Both the position numbers and the translations under genes were made by a program. Under the pieces are notes generated by a model. The model saw only the letters and a program-made list of their open reading frames with translations. It was not told the DNA's origin and searched no databases. Source: Vulcanisaeta sp. AZ3 (lineage in GTDB: Archaea; Thermoproteota; Thermoprotei; Thermoproteales; Thermocladiaceae). Taken from it: a stretch of 64,000 bases of DNA. Shown here one piece after another: positions 9,016 through 19,452 of the stretch. Every line of letters begins with the position of its first letter. Positions within the stretch are counted from its first letter, which is position 1. Location of the stretch: the NCBI GenBank assembly GCA_000960865.2, contig JZWU02000006.1, positions 1 through 64,000 of the forward strand, read 5' to 3'.

Positions 9016-10870
9016 TCATTAGTCTATTGATTAATTCATCCTCGTTTATTATTGAATACTTACTGAAGTAATTCTCGAGGATCCTCATAAGCTCACCCTC
9101 ACGAAATCTCCTATCCATGAGTATTACCAAGGCTCTATCACCCTCAGACCTGAAGGCTCTACCTACGGCCTGCTTAATCTTCACAATGGCTGGCCATTGA
9201 TAAGTCGACTCCCATGCTAATCTCTTATCACCGAGCCTTGCCGCAAGTATATCCATAACCTCATCTAAATACTCATTAGGCTCTGGGTAGGGTACGCCAA
9301 CGATGATTATCATACCAAGTAGATTCTCAGTGCCAAGCCTATACTCAACACCCTCAACTAACTTACCTCCTGCCACAGCCATGATTAATCTCTTACGATC
9401 TCTCCTCAATTCCGTAATTAAATTATCAACCGATGTATTACCCAGCTCCATTATATACCTGACACTCGGATCTAAGTACTTTCTAACAGCCTTCAGGACT
9501 GCATATGATGGAAATATTGAGAGTATCGCCTTGTCCAATGAGTAGGCCTTGTAAATCCTACTCAAGACTCTTGCTATTTTCATGTACTCTTCCTCATCCC
9601 TCTCTGTATATCTCGTAGTTACACCATCATATACAAGAACATCATAATTCTCAGGCCTCACATAATCCCTAAATCCAACCCTATATTCCGCAATTTCTTT
9701 CTTTATCCCAAGCATACTTGTTATGTAATCCCTGGGTGGTAATGTACCACTCATTAATACGACACCTCCAGCCTCATTGATTATAGGCCCACTTATTATT
9801 GATGGATCGATGCACTTATTAATCAGAGAGACGCCTTGCTCCTCTCTGGCCAGGAAAATACCAAAACCACTCACCTTACTTAATACGGCCCTGTGAAATT
9901 CAAGTACCCGAGATAAGGGAGTATATGGTATTGGCACACCAGCGCTCCTCTTCTTCCTAATAACTTCGTAATATGCTTCAGTTATTGCTGGAAGGTCCTC
10001 AAAAAACTGTAATACATCACCAAGCTCCAGCGAAGCCATAGTTTCTTCCTCAAGGACCTTACTAAGCCTAACCATGTATGTTTGCAACCCCTTGAGTACC
10101 CTTAATGCTCTATTCCTCAATTCCTCATCATCGACAAATCTCTTAACCTCCATCATGGAGGCAATAATGGACGTAAGTGATAGGCTCACTGTATTGAGGT
10201 TAGTGATAGCCTCGGGCAGGTTATGGGCTTCATCAATTATTAAGATAGTGTTTCTAAGGTCTATGTTTATTGTTTCTGGTTTATATATGCTAAATACGTA
10301 GTAATACGTCATAACACCAACCCCAGCCCTAAGGAGGTATTCTCTGGATGCCTCGTAAGGGCATACACCCAGTGAGCATAGCGAAGATATATAACTATTA
10401 ACGTTGTCGGCATTCTCCGTGACCTTAAACATTACATCATTAATGTCTACCTTCCCAACTCTTACGTAATATGGACACCCACCGCTAGACCTGAGAAACC
10501 TACATTCTCCGAGAAACTCATCATAGGGCAATTTGCGAGTACTAGCCATGCAGCACATGTCAGGTCTATTCCTAATTATGGCATAATCAACACCAACACC
10601 TTTATTCCTCAACCTACGTAACTCCCTAATTGGAGCTTGAGCCTCATTCTTAGTCCTAACTAAAAATAAGACTTTAACGCCACTCTCCTCGGAGTAGGCC
10701 AGAGACGCAGCAAGGGCGCTAGCTGTCTTGCCGACACCCGTAGGAGCCTCGATTAAGGCAATCTTATTGCTGGTTAGAGCATCGTAGATTGACTTAGCAA
10801 TCTCCCATTGATATCGTCTAAACGCTGTGTATGGGAAGTACTTCCTAATTAGTGAGGCGGTGCCTGACAT
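9002..10870 (-). CDS. xpd: XPD/Rad3/DinG family Fe-S DNA helicase
   Basis: APTGVGKT, Fe-S cysteines (DMCC, CPY, CPYE), DEAHNL, SGTL and QAVGRAFR. Confidence 0.92.
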   Translation of the reverse strand: MSGTASLIRKYFPYTAFRRYQWEIAKSIYDALTSNKIALIEAPTGVGKTASALAASLAYSEESGVKVLFLVRTKNEAQAPIRELRRLRNKGVGVDYAIIRNRPDMCCMASTRKLPYDEFLGECRFLRSSGGCPYYVRVGKVDINDVMFKVTENADNVNSYISSLCSLGVCPYEASREYLLRAGVGVMTYYYVFSIYKPETINIDLRNTILIIDEAHNLPEAITNLNTVSLSLTSIIASMMEVKRFVDDEELRNRALRVLKGLQTYMVRLSKVLEEETMASLELGDVLQFFEDLPAITEAYYEVIRKKRSAGVPIPYTPLSRVLEFHRAVLSKVSGFGIFLAREEQGVSLINKCIDPSIISGPIINEAGGVVLMSGTLPPRDYITSMLGIKKEIAEYRVGFRDYVRPENYDVLVYDGVTTRYTERDEEEYMKIARVLSRIYKAYSLDKAILSIFPSYAVLKAVRKYLDPSVRYIMELGNTSVDNLITELRRDRKRLIMAVAGGKLVEGVEYRLGTENLLGMIIIVGVPYPEPNEYLDEVMDILAARLGDKRLAWESTYQWPAIVKIKQAVGRAFRSEGDRALVILMDRRFREGELMRILENYFSKYSIINEDELINRLMITPH

Positions 10871-10962
10871 TAAGTCAGTGATTAATTTCTGGTAATTAGC
10901 TTATAAAGCATATGAATGGATGTTACGCATTTATAAGCGCCTCAGTTAATAAATGCTGAATA

Positions 10963-12495
10963 ATGAGTACCACTAGGATTAACTTAGGCAGGTTAAAGCC
11001 CACAAGGACCATATCCGGCGTGGTCCCAGTGGCCATTATGGTTGCTCCTGTAGCATGCCCATTCAACTGTACATACTGCCCTGGAGGAATTAAGACTAAT
11101 ACTCCAAAGTCTTACCTCCCAGACTCACCAGTAGTGTTAAGGGCTTCACCACTGAATTATGATCCTTATAGGCAAGTGGTCGCTAGGATAAAGCAGTACG
11201 AGGCACTGTATCATCCGGTCTCTAAAGTTGAGTTAATAGTTATGGGTGGTACAATAACCTCGCTGCCTGAGAAGTATCTTGAGTGGTTTGTTGGTAATGC
11301 CATTAAAGCTGTGAATGATTACCTCCTAATTGGGCAAGGCTCTGTTGGCGATGTGGATGTTGAGGCTGAGCATAGGCGGAATGAGAAGGCTAGAGTTAGA
11401 GTTGTGGCGTTAGAGTTAGAGACAAGACCAGACTTTGCTAGGCCAAAGCACATAGACCTCATGCTTAAGCTTGGTTTTACTAGGATTGAGGTTGGTGTTC
11501 AATCAATATACGACGATGTCCTCAGAAGGGTTAAGAGAGGTCATGGAGTGAAAGAGACCGTAAATGCAACTCAGTACTTAAAGGACGCTGCCTACAAAGT
11601 TTGCTACCACATAATGCCTGGATTACCTGGCTCTGACCCAGATAGAGACTTAGAGATGATTAAGACAATATTTAACGACCCAAGATTTATGCCAGACTGT
11701 ATTAAGGTTTATCCAACATTCGTAGTAAGAGACACGGAGCTATATGAGGAATGGTTAAGGGGCCTCTATAGAAGTTATGATGAGGAGACTTGGCGTTGGC
11801 TATTGGCTAGGATAATGGCCTTAATACCCAGGTGGGTCAGGGTTATGAGGTTTGGTAGGGATATACCACTCCATTGGGTTGTTGATGGGCCTAGGATTGG
11901 GAATATGAGAGAGGTTGTGTTAAGTGAGATGGATAGATTAGGCTTGAATTGTGTGGAAATTAGGTGCCGTGAGGTTGGTCATAGGTATATAAAGAGGGGA
12001 TTAATACCGAAGCCAAGGACCTTGAGGATTAATAGGATTGATTATGATGCATCTGGTGGGCATGAAGTATTTCTCGAAGCTATTGATGATGAGGATACAC
12101 TCTATGGAATACTCAGACTTAGGATACCCAGCGATAATGCCCATAGGCCTGAGGTGAGGATTGGTAGATCAGCTTTGATTAGGGAGTTGCATGTCTATGG
12201 GCCTGAACTACCCGTGGGTAGCAGGATGATGGAACCCCTCTGGTGGCAGCATAGGGGTATTGGTAAGGCTTTGATGGCTAAGGCAGAGAACATAGCCTTA
12301 CACGAATTCAATGCATATAGGATGCTCGTAATATCTGGAGTGGGTGTTAGGGAGTACTACAGGGCGCTTGGTTATAGGAAGTATCCAAGTAGCTTTTACA
12401 TGTTTAAAAACTTGAAGAAGTCAATACTTAGCGAAATGGAAATAAGCATAGAAATGCCCCGAAGCCTTAGTAAGGAGGAGTTAATAACTGGTTGA
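10963..12495 (+). CDS. elp3: Elp3 tRNA U34 carboxymethyltransferase (radical SAM + KAT)
   Basis: RTISGV, CPFNCTYCP, ETRPD, RELHVYG, QHRGIG and SGVGVREYY motifs. Confidence 0.95.
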   Translation: MSTTRINLGRLKPTRTISGVVPVAIMVAPVACPFNCTYCPGGIKTNTPKSYLPDSPVVLRASPLNYDPYRQVVARIKQYEALYHPVSKVELIVMGGTITSLPEKYLEWFVGNAIKAVNDYLLIGQGSVGDVDVEAEHRRNEKARVRVVALELETRPDFARPKHIDLMLKLGFTRIEVGVQSIYDDVLRRVKRGHGVKETVNATQYLKDAAYKVCYHIMPGLPGSDPDRDLEMIKTIFNDPRFMPDCIKVYPTFVVRDTELYEEWLRGLYRSYDEETWRWLLARIMALIPRWVRVMRFGRDIPLHWVVDGPRIGNMREVVLSEMDRLGLNCVEIRCREVGHRYIKRGLIPKPRTLRINRIDYDASGGHEVFLEAIDDEDTLYGILRLRIPSDNAHRPEVRIGRSALIRELHVYGPELPVGSRMMEPLWWQHRGIGKALMAKAENIALHEFNAYRMLVISGVGVREYYRALGYRKYPSSFYMFKNLKKSILSEMEISIEMPRSLSKEELITG

Positions 12496-12559
12496 TACAT
12501 AACTATTTGGGGTTAATTACATAGCCTTTATTTGGCCTTATTGTTATCCTCACCTAATT

Positions 12560-13351
12560 ATGGGAGGATTGAGAGTTGGGGTTGGCCAAGTTAGGAGGTT
12601 CAGTCATTTTAGGGAGGGGGTTGATTGGTTGAGGGATTTAATTAAAGGGTTGATTGCTGACGTTATCGTATTACCTGAGAATTGGATTGGAGTTAAAGTA
12701 CTTAGTAAGAGCGAGTTTGATGAGTATGTCGATTTATTAAGAGAATTAAGTAGTGAGGTTGGCAGTATTATTATTGGTGGCTCTGCATATGTGGACTTAG
12801 GCGGTAGAACCATCAGTATATGCCCTATTGTGAGTAGTAAGGGCTTGATTAATTACTCAGAGAAGATTAGGCCTTCGAGAGCTACAGGCGAGAGATTAAG
12901 CGTCAGTGGTGGTAGTAGGTTAGGTGTTATTGATCTTGGTGATTGGAGGGTTGGTTGTGTAGTATGTATTGATGCTATGTATCCAGAGATAACTAGGGCG
13001 TTAGCAAGGCATGGAGTTGATATTATTGTGAATCCGAGCTCCATAAGTGTTGATAGGGCTCAATTATGGAGGAGCTTAGGGCTAATTAGAGCCTTCGAGA
13101 ACTCTGCATACTTTGCATCGGCCATGGGCACTGGGTATAAGTATCCGGATGGCCGTGATGTCCTTGGAGGTAGTTTTATAGCGTCGCCTAATGGTGAATA
13201 CGTACTTACTGTGGAATTAGGTGCGGAGGGTCTGTACACAGTTAATCTTAATCATGAAGAGATAGAGTACGCAAGGGCTAGGAGAGGATATATAGAGGAT
13301 TTAATCAATGATTACTTAAGCAAAGTTCAGGTGAGTATTGTTGAGGCTTGA
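12560..13351 (+). CDS. Carbon-nitrogen hydrolase (nitrilase superfamily)
   Basis: Catalytic E-K-C triad contexts LPE, EK and VCID..YPE; RAFEN. Confidence 0.88.
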   Translation: MGGLRVGVGQVRRFSHFREGVDWLRDLIKGLIADVIVLPENWIGVKVLSKSEFDEYVDLLRELSSEVGSIIIGGSAYVDLGGRTISICPIVSSKGLINYSEKIRPSRATGERLSVSGGSRLGVIDLGDWRVGCVVCIDAMYPEITRALARHGVDIIVNPSSISVDRAQLWRSLGLIRAFENSAYFASAMGTGYKYPDGRDVLGGSFIASPNGEYVLTVELGAEGLYTVNLNHEEIEYARARRGYIEDLINDYLSKVQVSIVEA

Positions 13352-13383
13352 TTCTGTTAATAATAAAAAAGCGCCAGTAATCA

Positions 13384-14343
13384 ATGAAGTACGTGAAGGC
13401 TGTCGTTCTTAAAGGACCTAAAGACTTGTCCGTTGAGGATGTACCCATACCTAACATGCAGGGCTGGGCATTAGTGAAGGTAGAGCTTGTTGGCATTTGC
13501 GGCACGGATAAGGCATTCTACGTTGGTACATATCCACTGCTCAAGAAGCCGTTAATCCCTGGACATGAGGTTGTGGGTATTGTTGTTAAGGGACCTAAGG
13601 AATTAGTGGGTAGGAGGGTGGTTAGTGAGATTAATTTCCCCGATGGAACTTGCGAATACTGCAGGGCTGGACTCTATACTCATTGTCCAAATAGGAAGAC
13701 TCTAGGCATAGATTTTGATGGCGGCATGGCTGAGTACTTCGTGGCACCATCCATAGCTCTGCACATATTCAATGGACTGTTTGAACTAGGCATATTCGTG
13801 GAGCCCCTCGCTGCTGTACTAAACTCCTTTAGTCAATTCCCAATAAAACCAAATAATAAGGTTGCCGTAATAGGTACGGGTAATCTAGCTCAATTAACGG
13901 CTCAGGTGGTTAGGCACCTTGGTGTATCTAGAGTCGATGCCATTATAAGAAGGGGTAGTAAGAAGGCTGAGCTTATGAGTAAGTACGTAGATTCCTTAGT
14001 TGAGGAGCCTAAGGATCAGTATTACGACATAGTTGTAGAAGCGTCAGGTGATCCGAATGCATTAGATTTAGCAGTTAGGATTGTTAAGCCTAGGGGTTTC
14101 GTTCATTTAAAGTCCACGCCTGGCTCATCGTCAATCTTTAACGCTACATTAGCGGTGGTTAAGGAGACCAGGATAGTAGGTACTAGATGCGGAACGTTTA
14201 ATGAGTTCGACGAGGCCATTAGACTCCTCACAAACGGTATTGTTAAACCTAAGCTTGACGCCATATATCCACTGGATAAAGCTAAGGATGCCTTTGAATT
14301 CGCCGTTAATGAGAGACCTACCAAGGTCGCCCTTAAGCCATAA
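13384..14343 (+). CDS. Zn-dependent alcohol dehydrogenase (MDR family)
   Basis: GICGTD, PGHE, structural Zn cysteines and VIGTG. Confidence 0.92.
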   Translation: MKYVKAVVLKGPKDLSVEDVPIPNMQGWALVKVELVGICGTDKAFYVGTYPLLKKPLIPGHEVVGIVVKGPKELVGRRVVSEINFPDGTCEYCRAGLYTHCPNRKTLGIDFDGGMAEYFVAPSIALHIFNGLFELGIFVEPLAAVLNSFSQFPIKPNNKVAVIGTGNLAQLTAQVVRHLGVSRVDAIIRRGSKKAELMSKYVDSLVEEPKDQYYDIVVEASGDPNALDLAVRIVKPRGFVHLKSTPGSSSIFNATLAVVKETRIVGTRCGTFNEFDEAIRLLTNGIVKPKLDAIYPLDKAKDAFEFAVNERPTKVALKP

Positions 14344-14362
14344 TGCATGCTTGTTAATCTAG

Positions 14363-14379
14363 TTAGAAATATATTCTAA
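14363..14379. promoter_or_regulatory. Inverted repeat TTAGAA-N5-TTCTAA upstream of the rubrerythrin-VIT1 gene; candidate operator
   Basis: Perfect 6-bp inverted repeat plus a further TTCTAA at 14391, just upstream of a TATA-like element; AT-rich, so it could be chance. Confidence 0.3.
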
Positions 14380-14431
14380 TTAAATATAATTTCTAAGAAA
14401 GCTTTAAGAAAACACTCGAAAAGATCATTAA

Positions 14432-15562
14432 GTGATGGATCTAAGCCTTAGTAGCGAGGAGATCATTAATAATTATAAAGATGAATTAACAGATGCTGAG
14501 ATATATGCAGCTCTAGCTAAAATTGAAAGAAACGAGAAGTTGAGAGAAGAATTAACTAAGTTGTCGCAGTATGAATCTGGACATGCAGAATTCTGGAGAG
14601 ATGTAGCCAGAAAGGTAGGTGTTGATGTGAGTAATGTGAGACCTTCGAGATTCACAATATTAACATCAATGTTGATCAGGCGACTATTTGGGCTTGGTTT
14701 TCTCGTTAAGCTTAGAGAGAGTGCTGAGATTGAGGCCATTAGGAGGTATGGTGAATTAATTAGTAGGAGAGCCCTTGGGCCATATACTGAGAAGCTTAGG
14801 GCTATACTTCTGGATGAGGTAGCCCATGAGGAGGTCTTTAAGGAGGAAGCTTCGAGGTTTGAGGCATTCATAAATAATATTAGGGATGCTATGTACGGTA
14901 TGAGTGATGGTCTCGTGGAGGTGCTTGCGGCAGTCGCGGGTTTAGCTCCTGTTGTTGCTAACCCACTGTTAATAACACTTGCTGGGTTAATAGTTGGTGC
15001 TGCTGGGACTCTCTCTATGTCTGTTGGCGCCTACATGTCCACCAAGGCCCAGAGAGATATTAGAGAGACGAGACTCTCAAAAGTCGATATAGAACTAGAG
15101 AATTTGAATCTAGAAGATAGAGTTAGGAGGGTTAGAGATGCGTTAGTTGAGCTTGGTATTGATGAACAAAGGGCATCGAACACAGCACCGAACTTGGCCG
15201 AAAGTGTTGATATTAGTAAGAGAATTGTTGGAATTAATGAAGTTGGAGTCTCTAAGGAAGCTCTCGAAAGCCCTGGCAAGTCAGCCTTGTACACAGGGTT
15301 ATTTTATTTAATTGGAGCATTACTCGTAGTTGCTCCATTCCCTATCGTTGGGCGTATTATTGGTAATATAGGTTCATTGTATATATCGATAGCGATTGTG
15401 GCCGCAGCCCAGGCAATCAGTGGATTGTTAACAGCCATATCAGGCAGTGGTAAGATAAGTAGGACAATGCTCATTAACATAGCCCTATCTCTAGGCGCCG
15501 CTGCAGCCACATACACAATAGGAACAATAGCACACGAGCTACTTCACGTAGCAATAACATAA
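14432..15562 (+). CDS. Rubrerythrin-like ferritin domain fused to a VIT1/CCC1 metal transporter
   Basis: ExxH di-iron motifs (ESGH, EVAH) and VIT1 signatures RDAMYGMSDGL and SMSVGAYMS. Confidence 0.9.
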   Translation: MMDLSLSSEEIINNYKDELTDAEIYAALAKIERNEKLREELTKLSQYESGHAEFWRDVARKVGVDVSNVRPSRFTILTSMLIRRLFGLGFLVKLRESAEIEAIRRYGELISRRALGPYTEKLRAILLDEVAHEEVFKEEASRFEAFINNIRDAMYGMSDGLVEVLAAVAGLAPVVANPLLITLAGLIVGAAGTLSMSVGAYMSTKAQRDIRETRLSKVDIELENLNLEDRVRRVRDALVELGIDEQRASNTAPNLAESVDISKRIVGINEVGVSKEALESPGKSALYTGLFYLIGALLVVAPFPIVGRIIGNIGSLYISIAIVAAAQAISGLLTAISGSGKISRTMLINIALSLGAAAATYTIGTIAHELLHVAIT

Positions 15563-15617
15563 AATTAACAGCTCAAGCTGCTTTGATTTTAAGCAAGAGG
15601 AGTTGTTTATTTATGCT

Positions 15618-17480
15618 TTAGGTATTGAATGGAGTTCTATAATTCTTCTTTCTCTCCTCATATTCTTGGAAATCCTTCTTAACCCTATCGTATGTGAACT
15701 TACTAATCCTACCCTCCTTATAAGCTTCCTCGATTACCTTTACACTCTTCTCCTCAAGCCTATCAATTATTGGTATCCTGACACCCTTCTCCCTGGCAAC
15801 CATAAGTGACCTTGGATAACCAGCATGGGCATGCCTAACAACACCACTACCTGGATCAACAGTAAATACCCTGAGAGCCCTCTCCTCGGCTAACTCAGTT
15901 CCGTCAACTACCATGCCGAAACCCGCATGTATAGCATAACCAATGCCCACACCACCACCGTGGTGGAAACATGTCCAAGTAGCTCCCGCTGCTATGTTTA
16001 AGGCATAATTAAGTATGGGCCAATCACCAATAGCATCACTACCATCCAACATCCCCTCAGTCTCCCTGAATGGTGAAGCCACAGAACCACTATCGAGATG
16101 ATCCCTACCAAACCATATAGGACCACTCAACTCTCCCTTCCTAACCATCTCACTAACCACCTTACCGAAGAGAGCCCTCTCCCCATAACCTAGGTATACA
16201 ACTCTAGCCGGCAGTCCCTGGAACTTAACATATTGATGAGCAGCCCTAATCCACCTAGCAAGCCTTGCATTTCTCTCAAACAATGTCAGTAGGACGTCGT
16301 CGAGTTTATATATGTCGTTTGGATCACCAACAAGACTTGTCCATCTAAACGGCCCACGTCCCTCCTCAAAGAGCGGCCTCATGTACTCCATTTGCCCAGG
16401 TATCTTAAACGCATCCTCAACACCCGCATCATATGCTTGCTTCCTCAGGTTATTCCCATACTCAAAGGTTACGGCACCACGTCCCTGTAACTCAAGCATT
16501 AACTGCACATGTCTCTTCATGCTCTCCTTGGCCATGGTTATGTATTTCTCTGGATCACTTCTCCTCAATTGCTCTGCCTGCTCTATTGTCAATCCTTGAG
16601 GGACGTAGGAGAGCGGATCGTGAGCTGGCGTTTGATCTGTCAGTATGTCAGGGACTATGTTATCCCTAATTAACCTCTCTAAGAGATCCACGGCATTAGC
16701 TAAAACACCAATACTCGTGGCTTGCCTCCTTTCCTTCGCATCCAGCGCCATGTCAATAGCCTTATCAATACTATCCGTCCACGTGTCCAGATAACCAGTC
16801 TCAATCATTCTCTTTATCATCCTAACATCAACATCAGCAATAAGACCAACACCACCAAGCATCTTTATGGCTAGGGGTTGAGCACCACCCATATTACCAA
16901 GACCAGCACTAACAACCAACCTACCCTCTAAGGAACCGCCGTAATGTCTATCAGCCGCAGCCCCTATGGTCTCATAGGTACCTTGTAAAATTCCCTGAGT
17001 ACCTATATAAGCCCAGCAACCTGCAGTCATTTGATGAAAACTTATTAAGCCCTTAGCCTCCAGATCCCAGAATACCTTCCAATCGGCCCACTTAGGCACA
17101 AGCATGGCATTGCTCATCAAAACCCTAGGTGCATGCTTACCTAGCCTCCAAATAGCTACAGGCTCACCACTCTGAATTATTAAAGTATCCTCACTATCCA
17201 TAGTCAATAGGGAATCAACTATAGCCTCAAAATCATCCCAATTACGAGCAGCCTTACCCGTACCACCATAAACAATCAAGTTCTTAGGATCCTTAGCCAC
17301 CATAGGATCAAGAACATGAAAAAGCATGCGCAAGGGCCCCTCTAACTGCCAATCCCGACTATGGACATGGAGTTCAAGCCCCTTAATGGCTCTAACAGTT
17401 CTCGTCTCAGGGTCATAATAACCCGCGGATATTAATTCTTCAATGGGCCTACCCCTATACCTACTGGGGACGCTCATCAA
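15618..17480 (-). CDS. hutU: Urocanate hydratase
   Basis: VYGGTGKAARNW, QMTAG..YIGTQGILQGTYET, TDQT.AHD, GRDHLD and HHGGGVG. Confidence 0.97.
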   Translation of the reverse strand: MMSVPSRYRGRPIEELISAGYYDPETRTVRAIKGLELHVHSRDWQLEGPLRMLFHVLDPMVAKDPKNLIVYGGTGKAARNWDDFEAIVDSLLTMDSEDTLIIQSGEPVAIWRLGKHAPRVLMSNAMLVPKWADWKVFWDLEAKGLISFHQMTAGCWAYIGTQGILQGTYETIGAAADRHYGGSLEGRLVVSAGLGNMGGAQPLAIKMLGGVGLIADVDVRMIKRMIETGYLDTWTDSIDKAIDMALDAKERRQATSIGVLANAVDLLERLIRDNIVPDILTDQTPAHDPLSYVPQGLTIEQAEQLRRSDPEKYITMAKESMKRHVQLMLELQGRGAVTFEYGNNLRKQAYDAGVEDAFKIPGQMEYMRPLFEEGRGPFRWTSLVGDPNDIYKLDDVLLTLFERNARLARWIRAAHQYVKFQGLPARVVYLGYGERALFGKVVSEMVRKGELSGPIWFGRDHLDSGSVASPFRETEGMLDGSDAIGDWPILNYALNIAAGATWTCFHHGGGVGIGYAIHAGFGMVVDGTELAEERALRVFTVDPGSGVVRHAHAGYPRSLMVAREKGVRIPIIDRLEEKSVKVIEEAYKEGRISKFTYDRVKKDFQEYEERKKNYRTPFNT

Positions 17481-17677
17481 TTAGTCATAAATTAATTACC
17501 CTTTAAGTATTTACTTTAGGTATTTAATGATGTTCACCTAAGGTATTTATATTATTGAGCCATTATTTAAGTTAAATTAATACTTTATTGATATACACGG
17601 TACATACTTACGCACAAACCAATCACTCTATAGAATATAGGTAATGCTTAAAAATAGGCTGTGTACGAGGTTCATGT

Positions 17678-18945
17678 ATGGTGGATAAACTGGAACACTA
17701 AAAACCAATAATTGGCGTAATGTAGTTGGTTCAATGTTGGGTTGGGGACTTGATGCTTATGACTATGTCGCCTATGCCTTCGTTGCGCCAATACTGAGGG
17801 ATCTATTCTTCAGCTTTCTCGGTCCTCTAGCGTCTTTAATTGCTACATTGGCATCGTTCAGTCTCTCATTAATTGTAAGACCTATTGGTGGTATATTCTT
17901 CGGTAATCTAGCCGATAAAATCGGTAGGCGTTTGGTACTATACATAACAATGCTTGGTGCAGGTCTCTCCAGCTTCCTAATGGGCTTCCTACCAACCTAC
18001 GCTCAAGCCGGTATCCTATCAATAGTGCTTTTGCTTATTATTAGATTTGCTGTGGGTCTCTTCCTGGGCGGTGAATATTCGTCAAGCGGTATTATGAGCG
18101 TGGAGAGCGTGGCTAGATGGAAAGGACTTGCAAGTGGTATAATGCAAGCAGGCTTTGATTTGGGTATCTTTGGTGCTACATTTACATACACCATGGTCGC
18201 CACATTCATGCCGAATGAACTTTCCACTATTGGTTGGAGGATTGTGTTTTGGAGCGGCATTATAACCACAGCCATAGGATTCCTATTCAGGAGAAGGTTC
18301 TTGAGCGAATCCATGGAGTGGGTATCAGTAGAGAAGGTTAGGTCGCCATACAAGCAATTATTCACTAGATACTGGTTCTCCTTAGTAGTGGTTCTATTAG
18401 CAACCATGGGATTTCTATATGAGTATTACGTAATGCTAGAGTTATCACCTTTCGTATTACAGACTGTACTTGCATATTCACCTGCCCTTGCTGGATTAAT
18501 ACTTACGGTGCTCTCAGCATCAGATGCTCTAGGCAGTGTGATGGGTGGTGTATTTGTTGATTTATTCGGGGGGTCTAGGAGAGCTCTCTTGATCACTGCA
18601 ATCATATTACTGGCCCTCATATATCCGACTATGTATGGAATATTGATACTCCGCAACGGTTGGTTAGTACTACTTTGGGACTTCATAGCCGTACTGCCTG
18701 TTGGAGTTATGCAGGTTTATATTTACGATCTATTCTCAACCAATGTTAGGGCAACGGCAGCCGGGCTTGCATATAACGGCGGTACTTGGCTTGCAGCATG
18801 GGCCGCCATAATAACGACAATGATGGCTGGCGCCGCAACAACACCAAAGCCTTGGTTATCAGCAATTATCATAAATACTGTGCTTGGCGCTGCGCTGATA
18901 ATGTTAAGCTTCATCCTGGCTAGAACAGCCATCAGACACAATTAG
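17678..18945 (+). CDS. MFS transporter (possible histidine/urocanate permease); apparent one-base deletion near the start
   Basis: GWGLDAYD, RPIGG..FG..ADKIGRR and GGEY. The frame extends upstream of ATG 17734 (NNWRNVVGS) and joins ATG 17678 if one A is added to the run at 17687-17689. Confidence 0.88.
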
Positions 18946-19046
18946 GTTAGAACCCATAACTTGTTCTTATTTAAAATATTAATAATTTAAATTTCCAGAT
19001 ATTATGAAAATAATTTTTTATATTACACCTACCTAGTATAGTCTTT

Positions 19047-19442
19047 GTGAGATTTAGGAGCTTGAGGGCGTTAAGGAATTTATTTGAGAGAGGTATAACT
19101 GTCACGATCAGGGTTCGTAAGTACCGCGTTGGGGATATAGTACCTATTTATTATTGTCACGGTGATGAGTGCCATTATGTAGGTAGGGGTATTATTGAGG
19201 GAGTTTATGAATTAAGGGAAGCTGAAAGACTTTATAGCATTAGTGGTTTTTCATCCCCTAAGGAGTGGTTGGAGACTGCAAGGAGGCTTCATAGTTGGAG
19301 CCTCAATAGGGCTAGGATCTACGTAGTTAAACTCATTAGAAGTAAGCAGAGACATAAAAAATCCATAAGTATTGATGAAGTTAAAATTAAACTGGAGTTA
19401 GAAAATGAAATATTAAAGCACTTTCATACAATCTTACTCTAG
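19047..19442 (+). CDS. Hypothetical protein, ASCH/PUA-like
   Basis: TIR...YRVGD...SGFSSPKEW pattern resembles ASCH domains. Confidence 0.6.
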   Translation: MRFRSLRALRNLFERGITVTIRVRKYRVGDIVPIYYCHGDECHYVGRGIIEGVYELREAERLYSISGFSSPKEWLETARRLHSWSLNRARIYVVKLIRSKQRHKKSISIDEVKIKLELENEILKHFHTILL

Positions 19443-19452
19443 GTGCTTAAGT

